Shown here: positions 1 to 6,894 of the stretch, in pieces | How the letters are laid out: each line of letters starts with the position of its first letter | How positions within the stretch are numbered: the stretch's first letter is position 1 | DNA from: Candidatus Micrarchaeota archaeon | Lineage (GTDB): Archaea > Micrarchaeota > Micrarchaeia > Norongarragalinales > UBA8480 | Length of the DNA: 14,515 bases | Reading direction: 5' to 3' | NCBI GenBank assembly: GCA_043805855.1 | Contig: JAZDHP010000020.1 | Span: forward strand, 1 to 14,515 | Notes under the pieces: generated by a model | Database searches by the model: none | Seen by the model: the letters and a program-made list of their open reading frames with translations, nothing else | What the model was told of the DNA's origin: nothing | Made by a program: the position numbers and the translations under genes

Positions 1-1095
1 ATTGTTAACAAAATCGACGCAGGTGCATGCGTTACAGCTAGTCACAACCCTCGCGAGTATAATGGGTTGAAGTTGTTCTTCGGGCAGTTTTCAATTGGCG
101 GGGAAAATATACAAGAAGTTAGAAAAATCTGCGAAAGTGGAAAATTTGCAACTGGAAACGGAGTTGTGGAAAAGCGCGACGCGTTGCCTAGCTATTTTCA
201 ATATTTGCACTCTTCGTTTAAACTTGACAAAAAGTTGAAAGTTGTTATTGATGCTGGCAACGGCATGGCGGCACTAACTGCGCCGAAAATCTTCCGCGAT
301 TTAGGGTGTGAAGTTGTAGAATTGTACTGTGACGTTGATGGGACGTTTCCAAACCACGTGCCTGATCCAAGTGTAAACGATGCGCTTAAGGAATTAGTTG
401 TGAAAGTGAAAGAAACTCATGCTGATGTTGGAGTTGCGTTTGACGGCGATGGCGATCGCATTGGGGTTGTTGACGAAAAGGGAAATATTTTCAAAGGCGA
501 TCAACTACTTGCAATTTTTGTCAGAAGCACGGTTATAAAACACGAGGGAAAAATTGTGTTTGACGTCACGTGTTCACTTGCGCTTGAAGAAGATATTGCA
601 AGCCACGGCGGTACGCCAATTCGCTGGAAAACAGGACACACGAATATTGAATTAAAACTCGAAGAGGAAAAAGCATTGCTTGGTGGTGAAATGAGCGGCC
701 ATATATTTTTCAAAGAAAATTACTATGTTGACGACGCGGTTTACGCCGCGTGTAAATTCGCTGAGCTTCTAAGTAATTCCAAAACACCTGCTTCGCATTT
801 GCTTGACGGCTACCCGCATTATGTAAACTCACCAAAGATTTACATTGACACTACTGACGATGCAAAGTGGAAAATCGTCGACGGAGTTAAAAAAGAATTG
901 CAACAAATGAAATGCAAAGTTAACGATATTGACGGCGTAATGGCAGTATTTCCAAATGGCTGGGGTTTACTACGCGCGTCGAACACAATGCCTGCAATTG
1001 TCGTGCGCTTCGAGGCAAAAACCCAGCGTGATTTAGATGAGATTAAAAACATTTTCGTAATTGCGTTGGAAAAGCATGGAGTGAAAATTCCTTAA
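1..1095 (+). CDS. Phosphomannomutase/phosphoglucomutase (alpha-D-phosphohexomutase family), 5' end outside the window
   Basis: Frame 1 is open from base 1 (IVNKIDAGACVTASHNPREYNGLK) and contains the phosphoserine motif TASHNP, upstream of the ORF-track start at 67. Also present: metal-binding FDGDGDR, sugar-binding GGEMSGH and phosphate-binding RASNT. Confidence 0.96.
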   Translation: MVNKIDAGACVTASHNPREYNGLKLFFGQFSIGGENIQEVRKICESGKFATGNGVVEKRDALPSYFQYLHSSFKLDKKLKVVIDAGNGMAALTAPKIFRDLGCEVVELYCDVDGTFPNHVPDPSVNDALKELVVKVKETHADVGVAFDGDGDRIGVVDEKGNIFKGDQLLAIFVRSTVIKHEGKIVFDVTCSLALEEDIASHGGTPIRWKTGHTNIELKLEEEKALLGGEMSGHIFFKENYYVDDAVYAACKFAELLSNSKTPASHLLDGYPHYVNSPKIYIDTTDDAKWKIVDGVKKELQQMKCKVNDIDGVMAVFPNGWGLLRASNTMPAIVVRFEAKTQRDLDEIKNIFVIALEKHGVKIP

Positions 1096-1096
1096 A

Positions 1097-2197
1097 ATGA
1101 AAGTGGATGTTGTTGTTGTCGGCGCTAGTGCATGCGGTGGGTTAGCTGCTAGAAGCGCAGCAAAACGCGGCGCTAAAACAATTCTACTCGAAGAAGACGC
1201 GGTCGTTGGCAAGTTCAATAAGTGCAGCGGGTTGTTTTCCAAAAATGGGTTAAAACAATTGAATGTTGATTACGATGCTTGTGTGTTGCATGAAATAACC
1301 GGCGCTGAAGTTTACGCTGGGAAAAATAAATTTACAGTTCAGCGTAAAAATATAGTTGCACTTGTGCTTGATAGGCAAAAACTTGATGAAGAAATTGTAA
1401 ACGAAGCAATTTCTGCTGGCGTAGTTTTGAAAACGAAATGCAAAGTAACCAACAAAATAAACGCAAACACAATTGCCACTTCTGCGGGCGGCGAATTTAA
1501 TTTTAAATATCTAATTGGGTGCGACGGCGTTTCGTCATCAATTGCTTCGCTTTATAGTTTTCCGTCGTTGAAAAACAGCCTCGCGATTGGCTACGAAGCT
1601 GAGTATGTAAACGCGCGAGCTGGCGGTGAAGAGTTAGTGAAAGTTTTTCTTGACAAGAAAATGTTTCCTGGTTTCTTTGGTTGGGTTATACCCGCTGGTA
1701 AAACAGTGCGGTTAGGATTTGGCACTACTAACTACAAAACTTTTACAACAACCTCTAGAGATTTTTTTCATTTACCTATAGTTTCTCAAATTACTCGCGA
1801 CTCTCGCAAAGTACGTGAGTTCACCCACGCGATTCCGTTGAAATTGCGCAGTGTGACTGAAAAGCAAAGTGTTTTCCTTGCCGGCGACGCAGCTGGACAA
1901 GTAAAATCTACTACTGGTGGCGGGGTTGTTCTCGGAGGGCAGTGTGCCATGCTAGCCGGAGAAATTGCTAGCCACAATTGCAATTGCGTTTGTGATGATA
2001 ATAGTAAAACGCGTAGTTATGAAAAAGAATGGCGGCAAAAGTTTGGCAAAACATTTGCAACTCACGCAGGGATAAGAAAAACGTTTAACGCGTTGCCATC
2101 GCCGTTGGTTAACTTAAGTGTTTTGGGTTTTGACAAACTGTTTTTGTATAAATTGCTTGAAAAGTTCGGTGATATGGACTACGTTACTAAATGTTAA
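1097..2197 (+). CDS. Geranylgeranyl reductase family FAD-dependent oxidoreductase
   Basis: N-terminal FAD-binding fold (VVVVGASACG, a variant of GxGxxG), KCSG, LDRQKLD, IGCDG, FFGWVIP and GDAAGQVKSTTGGG. Starts 1 nt after the PMM stop (TAAAATG). Confidence 0.9.
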   Translation: MKVDVVVVGASACGGLAARSAAKRGAKTILLEEDAVVGKFNKCSGLFSKNGLKQLNVDYDACVLHEITGAEVYAGKNKFTVQRKNIVALVLDRQKLDEEIVNEAISAGVVLKTKCKVTNKINANTIATSAGGEFNFKYLIGCDGVSSSIASLYSFPSLKNSLAIGYEAEYVNARAGGEELVKVFLDKKMFPGFFGWVIPAGKTVRLGFGTTNYKTFTTTSRDFFHLPIVSQITRDSRKVREFTHAIPLKLRSVTEKQSVFLAGDAAGQVKSTTGGGVVLGGQCAMLAGEIASHNCNCVCDDNSKTRSYEKEWRQKFGKTFATHAGIRKTFNALPSPLVNLSVLGFDKLFLYKLLEKFGDMDYVTKC

Positions 2198-2208
2198 TGC
2201 TAAAAAGT

Positions 2209-2910
2209 TTATTTTCCAAATCGCTGTTCTGTTGTTTCAAAGAACTCTTTTGCAACGAGAAAATCTTGTTGGTTGAACTCTGGCCATAGTTTTGGCGAGA
2301 AGTATAATTCAGAGTAGGAGTTTTGCCACGGTAGAAACCCACTCAAGCGCTGTACGTTTCCAGTGCGGATAATTAGTTGTGGTGACTGCGGGTAGTATAA
2401 ATATTGAGAAAAGGTTTCTTCGTTAATTTGCCCTGCGTTGATTTTGCCGCTAGCGATGTCAGCTGCTAGGTTCTTACTTGCAGTTAGAAGTTCCTCGCGT
2501 CCACTGTAGGCAATTGCGATGTTCATTGTTTTGTTCCCGTCGCGTGTCTTTTCTTCAAGTTTAGCCATGCCTTGCTGTACACTTAGCGGGAGTAACTCTC
2601 GCTTGCCGAAGAATTTAACGCGACACGCGTCTCTCTTGAACCGCGAGTCAGTTAAACTGTCATTTATGTTCCGCGTCATTAATTTGAATAATACGTTTAA
2701 TTCATCTTGCGAGCGCTTTGCGAAGTTATCAAGCGAAAGCGCCCAGTAGGAAACGGTTTTCACATCTTTGTCAAACGCCCATTGTGCGAACTCGCCTGCT
2801 TTTCTAAAGCCAGCTAGGTACGCTGCCTCTAGTGGTAAATTGTTCTTCTTTGCAAAACGGCGGTTTCCGTCTGGGATAACTGCTACGCTTTCAAGCAATT
2901 GTTGGGACAT
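2209..2910 (-). CDS. uppS: cis-prenyltransferase (undecaprenyl/polyprenyl diphosphate synthase)
   Basis: Motifs IPDGNRR, AIAYSGREE, LIIRTG..RLSGFLPWQ..YSEL and WPEF, plus C-terminal RFGK. GTGA SD-like sequence before the ATG. Confidence 0.96.
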   Translation of the reverse strand: MSQQLLESVAVIPDGNRRFAKKNNLPLEAAYLAGFRKAGEFAQWAFDKDVKTVSYWALSLDNFAKRSQDELNVLFKLMTRNINDSLTDSRFKRDACRVKFFGKRELLPLSVQQGMAKLEEKTRDGNKTMNIAIAYSGREELLTASKNLAADIASGKINAGQINEETFSQYLYYPQSPQLIIRTGNVQRLSGFLPWQNSYSELYFSPKLWPEFNQQDFLVAKEFFETTEQRFGK

Positions 2911-2993
2911 TTAAATCACTATTTTTTCTATTTGCCTACTTTTTAATAGCGAACGTTATTATAAACGACCTTATTTTTAAACGTAGAGTTACA
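2911..2993. promoter_or_regulatory. Divergent promoter region uppS / DUF192
   Basis: AT-rich intergenic stretch. TTATAAAC (2959-2966) lies about 27 nt before the DUF192 ATG, and TATTAAAAA lies on the minus strand (2940-2948) ahead of uppS. Confidence 0.5.
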
Positions 2994-3335
2994 ATGGAAA
3001 TATACTTAAAACAAGCAAAAAAACAAACAGTCATCGCAAAGTACTGTGCCGACACTAACTTCGCAACGCAGTTCATTGGTTTGATGTTCTCGCGAGAAGT
3101 AAAACAGCCGCTACTTTTTCACGGAAAAGGTAGAATTTCAATACATTCTTTCTTCTGTCCTGTTTTCGATGCAGTGTTCCTTGACGAAAAACATCGAGTT
3201 GTAAAAACACTTACAGTAATGCCGTGGAACTCGCTAATTGCGGCAAATGCATTTCATTTAATTGAACTTCCGTCAGGCACAATAGCGAAATATAAAATTA
3301 AAAAAGGCGATTTGCTAACTTGGAAAGAGAAATAA
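2994..3335 (+). CDS. DUF192 family protein
   Basis: Pattern AD.....FIGLMF...IHSFFCPVFDAVFLD....VV......PW......IELPSG...IKKGD is characteristic of DUF192. Confidence 0.88.
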   Translation: MEIYLKQAKKQTVIAKYCADTNFATQFIGLMFSREVKQPLLFHGKGRISIHSFFCPVFDAVFLDEKHRVVKTLTVMPWNSLIAANAFHLIELPSGTIAKYKIKKGDLLTWKEK

Positions 3336-4456
3336 ACGAAACGCTATTCGGGTGGAAAATCACTGGAAACGAGCCCGAGCTACGCGACTTTAATCTAAAC
3401 GAAAACGAACGCCGCCTTGCGGGTAAATTAATCTCTGCTTTTTTCCTTTCTACAAAAACCGTTGAAATCGAAACCCTACTGCGAAGGCATTGCGAAGCAA
3501 CTCTCGAGCCGCTGCCGCAAAAGAGTTTTTCAAAAATCGCTTCAACATGTATTTCTCTTCTCAATGGAGTTGGACCAGTGCAAGCACTTCTAGAGGGAGA
3601 TGTAGAAGAAATTTCGCTTTCGCTGGGAACAGCGCGCGTGTTTAAGCGGCGGCAAGGCTGGGAAGACACTGCGTTGGAAATTACAAGTGAAAAATACTTA
3701 TTGCACGTTGTGAACAAACTCGCGTCACAGTGCGGCCGACGGTTAACAATTGAAAATCCAGTGCTCAATGCTTTTCTCTCTGACGGTACGAGAATACATG
3801 CTGTTGCCCCGCCAGTTTCCAACGCGTTAAGCGTTTCCATTCGAAAACTCCGCGAAGTGCCGTTTACTTTGCAGCAATTAGTTGGCGAAGAGTTGCTCTC
3901 GCAAAAATGCGCTGACTTTCTTCAGCGCAGCGTTGCAAGCAAGTCAATTTTAATCGCTGGAAACACAGGCAGTGGCAAGACGACGACGTTGAATGCGCTT
4001 CTTTCGCTGCTTCCGTTAAGTGATCGCTTTGTGTTTGTCGAAGACGTAAGTGAGTTGACGCTGCCTGGTCATGAAAATAAAGCACGATTACTTGCGGATG
4101 GTGACAAAACAACCCTCGCTAGTTTAACTTACGAAGCGCTTCGCATGCGACCAGACCGCCTCGTCGTAAGTGAAATTCGCAGCGAAGCTGAGGTGAAAGC
4201 ATTTGCCAACGCTTTGCTCTCCGGCGGGGGGAAAACGTGCTACGCCACGTTCCACGCTAGCAGTGCAAAAGAAGCGCTACGCCGCCTACGTTTGCTAGGG
4301 TTCAAAAAAGCTGACTTGGACTCAATTGGGTTGATCGTTGTACAGAAGAGAATTGATGATGAAAAAACCGGCCGCGAGAAACGCAGGGTTACAGAGATTG
4401 CAACCGTGAAAAACGGGGAAGCTAAGTCGATTGCTAATACCTTTTTAGGCAAGTAG
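3320..4456 (+). CDS. Type II/IV secretion / pilus assembly ATPase (CpaF/TadA/VirB11 family)
   Basis: LSDGTRIHAVAPPVS..SIRK, Walker A GNTGSGKTT, Asp box VEDVSEL, ALRMRPDRLVVSEIR, ATFHA and RRVTEI. TTG start overlaps the DUF192 stop by 16 nt. Confidence 0.92.
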   Translation: MEREINETLFGWKITGNEPELRDFNLNENERRLAGKLISAFFLSTKTVEIETLLRRHCEATLEPLPQKSFSKIASTCISLLNGVGPVQALLEGDVEEISLSLGTARVFKRRQGWEDTALEITSEKYLLHVVNKLASQCGRRLTIENPVLNAFLSDGTRIHAVAPPVSNALSVSIRKLREVPFTLQQLVGEELLSQKCADFLQRSVASKSILIAGNTGSGKTTTLNALLSLLPLSDRFVFVEDVSELTLPGHENKARLLADGDKTTLASLTYEALRMRPDRLVVSEIRSEAEVKAFANALLSGGGKTCYATFHASSAKEALRRLRLLGFKKADLDSIGLIVVQKRIDDEKTGREKRRVTEIATVKNGEAKSIANTFLGK

Positions 4457-4468
4457 GTTGTCAGTATT

Positions 4469-4573
4469 TTATCGATGATAGCGGTCTTTCTTTATTTCTC
4501 GCTTCATTTTTTCAACATTCATTCCTTTGCAACAGCCAAAATACTTCTTCAAAATTGTTTTTGTTTTGCGCAT
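4469..4573 (-). CDS. Putative 34-aa basic microprotein (MRKTKTILKKYFGCCKGMNVEKMKREIKKDRYHR), possibly an antitoxin-like remnant
   Basis: Translated by hand: ATG at 4573, TAA at 4471-4469. It fills most of the gap between the ATPase and the next ORF and is below the ORF-track size cut-off. Confidence 0.4.
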   Translation of the reverse strand: MRKTKTILKKYFGCCKGMNVEKMKREIKKDRYHR

Positions 4574-4619
4574 ATTGTACCAGCACAAAGTAGAGCATTG
4601 TGTAAATAGAAAGCTTTTG

Positions 4620-5105
4620 CTAACCCTTCGGCTTTTCATCTAGCGGCGCTCTCATCCGGCCGATAACTGGACGAAATGCTTTACCTTCGTGTTTTGGCGC
4701 TTTGACAAAAACAAGCGTTCCCCGTCCCCTTGTTCGTCCCTGCATTAAAACATGCGTTGCGCCTTTTTCTTTTAATTCTTTTAGCCATGGGTTATTACTG
4801 AAGCGTCTAAGTTCGTTTCCTAATCTAAGTGTTTCTCGCCGCACTTCTCTGTTGGCGTATGTAGCTCCAACTGTGCTAGCAGCTACAATGGGTGCACCAA
4901 TATATTTTTGCTGGTCATTGGGAGTTATAGCCCAACAAGCGCCCAACATAGCAGCTATAGGTACTAACACATTTCTTGCTGTCCTTAAATGTAATAAATC
5001 ACTAATTCTTTCCCGAATTGCAGGTGGCAACTCCTCAAATTGCATTTTCCCAACTACTTTGCCATAGTGAAGTGTTGTCCGCGGAGCTTTTTCAATAAAC
5101 GCCAT
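4620..5105 (-). CDS. Hypothetical basic protein with a central hydrophobic helical hairpin (161 aa from ATG 5105)
   Basis: Long open frame with two small-residue hydrophobic segments (VLVPIAAMLGACWAI and YIGAPIVAASTVGATYA). ATG 5105 is preferred over TTG 5141 because a TATA-like element (5127-5134) lies about 25 nt upstream of it. Confidence 0.65.
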   Translation of the reverse strand: MAFIEKAPRTTLHYGKVVGKMQFEELPPAIRERISDLLHLRTARNVLVPIAAMLGACWAITPNDQQKYIGAPIVAASTVGATYANREVRRETLRLGNELRRFSNNPWLKELKEKGATHVLMQGRTRGRGTLVFVKAPKHEGKAFRPVIGRMRAPLDEKPKG

Positions 5106-5173
5106 ACCAAAATGAAGCTTTTTTCCTTTAAAAACCCACAATGCTTTTCAACTTACTTTCTTCTATTAATTGT

Positions 5174-5531
5174 TAGTGGCGGGGGAGTGGAACAGCTTAC
5201 CGTGTCACAAGTTGCGGCTGTCAAAAGCGCGCTTTGTGTTTCGGAGGAACTTCTGCCCTTCTAGTAGTCTGTAAAGACGATCCATACAACTTGCTTAAGG
5301 TGAGTGGTTGGGGAACAGAAACGATACTCGTTCGACACGAGAATGACGAACAGGACGTTGTGTTGAAAGAGATGAAACGGCTTCGACCGTGAGAGTCCCG
5401 TAAGGGAGCTAGAAGCAAGGTGATTTTCACCGCTTAGTCAAATGTTGTTCAGCGCCGGTTTTCAGTTCATTTGAATTGAAACATTTCAAAGGCGTTTAAC
5501 AGAAGGTAGGGTACGGCTCCTACCGCCACTA
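5174..5531 (+). ncRNA. rnpB: Archaeal RNase P RNA (type M-like, with extra helices)
   Basis: CR-I GAGGAACTTCTGCCC (5244-5258) and CR-V AACAGAAGGTAGGGTA (5498-5513) form P4 with a bulged U. P1 is TAGTGGCGG..GGAG / CTCC..CCGCCACTA, P2 is GAACAGC/GTTGTTC and P5 is CTTCTAG/CTAGAAG followed by CAAGG. CR-II AACAGAAACG, CR-III GATGAAACGG and CR-IV GCTTAGTCAAATG are present. Confidence 0.95.
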
Positions 5532-5570
5532 CTTATTTTATAAAAAAGAAAAATAAAAGAAAAAACGAAA
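5532..5570. terminator. Probable bidirectional oligo-T terminator region between rnpB and the convergent secreted-protein gene
   Basis: T-run on the plus strand directly after P1, then long A-runs (T-runs on the minus strand). Confidence 0.5.
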
Positions 5571-5594
5571 GAACTAATTCTGTTGTTTAGCTGT

Positions 5595-6026
5595 TTATTT
5601 GTCGAAGAATGCAGATATTCTGCAACCTGCGCCAGCGTTAGTTAGACTGTTTATTAGCGGGGTTACTTCATCTAAATGTAAATAAAGATTTGAATTGCGG
5701 TCATTTGGTAATTGTCTTGTTGGCTGGAAGTTTGCTAAAGTTATATTATTAATTTGCGCGCCAGTTGGTTTTGTAATATTAAGGTTACAGGTTGATACTC
5801 TGCCGTTCTGGCCATAAGTCGCTTCATTAGCTGCTATTTTGTATCCACTCGCTCCAATTGGAACATATGGCAAATTAGGAGCCAAATATATTTCAACGTA
5901 GTTAGATCCGCTGCTTGTTGGGCTAGCTGCGGTTACGTAGCCGGTTAAGTTTGGTCCAACTAGAAGCACAGCTGCAACGAGTGCAACAATTGCTGCTATT
6001 TTAATTGTGTTTTCTTGCTTTTTCAA
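5595..6026 (-). CDS. Hypothetical secreted or membrane-anchored protein
   Basis: TTG start preceded by a strong SD, AGGTGA (6033-6038). Basic N-terminus and hydrophobic helix followed by NLTGYV. Asn/Thr-rich ectodomain with sequons NLT, NIT and NIT and two Cys. Confidence 0.8.
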   Translation of the reverse strand: MKKQENTIKIAAIVALVAAVLLVGPNLTGYVTAASPTSSGSNYVEIYLAPNLPYVPIGASGYKIAANEATYGQNGRVSTCNLNITKPTGAQINNITLANFQPTRQLPNDRNSNLYLHLDEVTPLINSLTNAGAGCRISAFFDK

Positions 6027-6052
6027 AATAAATCACCTAAACTAATTGCGCC

Positions 6053-6061
6053 GGGGGGGGG
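6053..6061. repeat. G9/C9 homopolymer tract in the promoter region of the secreted-protein gene
   Basis: Nine consecutive G at 6053-6061 in an AT-rich intergenic region. Confidence 0.9.
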
Positions 6062-6093
6062 TAAAAAGGTTTTGCTTTTGTAGTGGTTAATTT

Positions 6094-6477
6094 TTACTTG
6101 TGCTTTATTTGCGCTAGTAGGTTTTTGTCAAAAGAAGCTACTTCCATGTTTAGTGATTTGGCCATTAGTATTATTGAACAGTCTACGAAGCTCAGTGAAT
6201 CGTTTTGGTTCTTGAAAATTTCAACTATTTCTTTGAAATCTTCTTGTGTAGTGTAGCCAACTATTATTTTTTCGCTGTTGATTAGTGTGTCGGTTATTTC
6301 CTTAGCTTTTTCAATTCCCATTTTTCTAAGAGCAACTGTAGCTGTTTCGTTTATGATGTAGTCTGAAATGAATAGTTTACCTTGCTCGTCAGCTTGTCTT
6401 ATTAGCTCCGTGGCTTTTTGGTGTTTTGGATCTTGCTTATCGTAAAAAGCTATGAAGACCGAGGTGTCGATGATCAT
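6094..6477 (-). CDS. vapC: PIN-domain ribonuclease toxin (VapC family), 127 aa
   Basis: MIIDTSVFIA (Asp1), INETAT (Glu), LSFVDC (Asp) and SFDK (Asp). The start is placed at ATG 6477, 1 nt after the upstream stop and preceded by GAGG. Confidence 0.92.
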   Translation of the reverse strand: MIIDTSVFIAFYDKQDPKHQKATELIRQADEQGKLFISDYIINETATVALRKMGIEKAKEITDTLINSEKIIVGYTTQEDFKEIVEIFKNQNDSLSFVDCSIILMAKSLNMEVASFDKNLLAQIKHK

Positions 6478-6478
6478 T

Positions 6479-6733
6479 TTAGTTATCCTCATCATACAGT
6501 ATTTCGTCTATTCTATCGCTTGCGTTTCCAGGGCCTTTGAATTTTATTTTGTCCCACGTGTCAAAAATGCTATTGTATTTCTTTTTTTCTTTATTCTCGC
6601 GTAGATGCGTCTCTGCTATAAAGACTATTTCGCGAAGTGCTTCGCCAGTGTTCAAATCATGGTCGCTAGCGTAGCGTTGAATAAATCGTTTAGTCTTGTC
6701 GTCTACTTTTCTAACTGCAAAAATCTCTTCCAT
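6479..6733 (-). CDS. Putative cognate antitoxin (VapB-like, probable ribbon-helix-helix N-terminus)
   Basis: 84 aa, directly upstream of and coupled to the PIN gene. The N-terminal pattern FAVRKVDDKTK...A......GEALREI fits a beta-alpha-alpha fold, and the acidic C-terminus ASDRIDEILY resembles VapB tails. Confidence 0.8.
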   Translation of the reverse strand: MEEIFAVRKVDDKTKRFIQRYASDHDLNTGEALREIVFIAETHLRENKEKKKYNSIFDTWDKIKFKGPGNASDRIDEILYDEDN

Positions 6734-6738
6734 GATAT

Positions 6739-6770
6739 TTGTTAAACATGTTTAACAATTTAAAGTTTTC
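6739..6770 (-). promoter_or_regulatory. TA operon promoter (BRE/TATA) with a perfect 20-bp palindromic operator
   Basis: TTGTTAAACATGTTTAACAA (6739-6758) is a perfect palindrome. It lies between the minus-strand GAAAAC-TTTAAA element (6770-6759) and the ATG at 6733. Confidence 0.8.
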
Positions 6771-6894
6771 GCTTTATTGTTTAAGTGGTTTGTAAGTAAT
6801 TCACTCGTAAATAGCTGTCTTTGTGGCGGGGTTATTGGATTAAAAAGTTCAGTTTCCTCATTATGTCCGACTTTATTTTGTCGAGTTTTTGTCC

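Noticed and set aside
67..69. ORF-track start of PMM at 67
   Set aside because: The catalytic TASHNP motif lies upstream in the same open frame, so the true start is outside the window.
3298..3840. 180-aa antisense ORF and the other short antisense or alternative-frame ORFs inside PMM, GGR, uppS, alaS, Nudix and the orphan gene
   Set aside because: They are shadow frames of well-supported genes and carry no recognisable motifs.
5040..5430. ORFs 5040-5264 (+) and 5221-5430 (-)
   Set aside because: They overlap the RNase P RNA gene and the orphan CDS, and have no protein-like features.
5460..5490. ATTGAAAC, resembling a CRISPR repeat end, within inverted repeats
   Set aside because: Single copy with no spacers or cas genes; it lies within the P19 region of the RNase P RNA.
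4457..6790. Integrated mobile element or island around rnpB and the TA pair
   Set aside because: No integrase, transposase, terminal inverted repeats or target-site duplication was seen.
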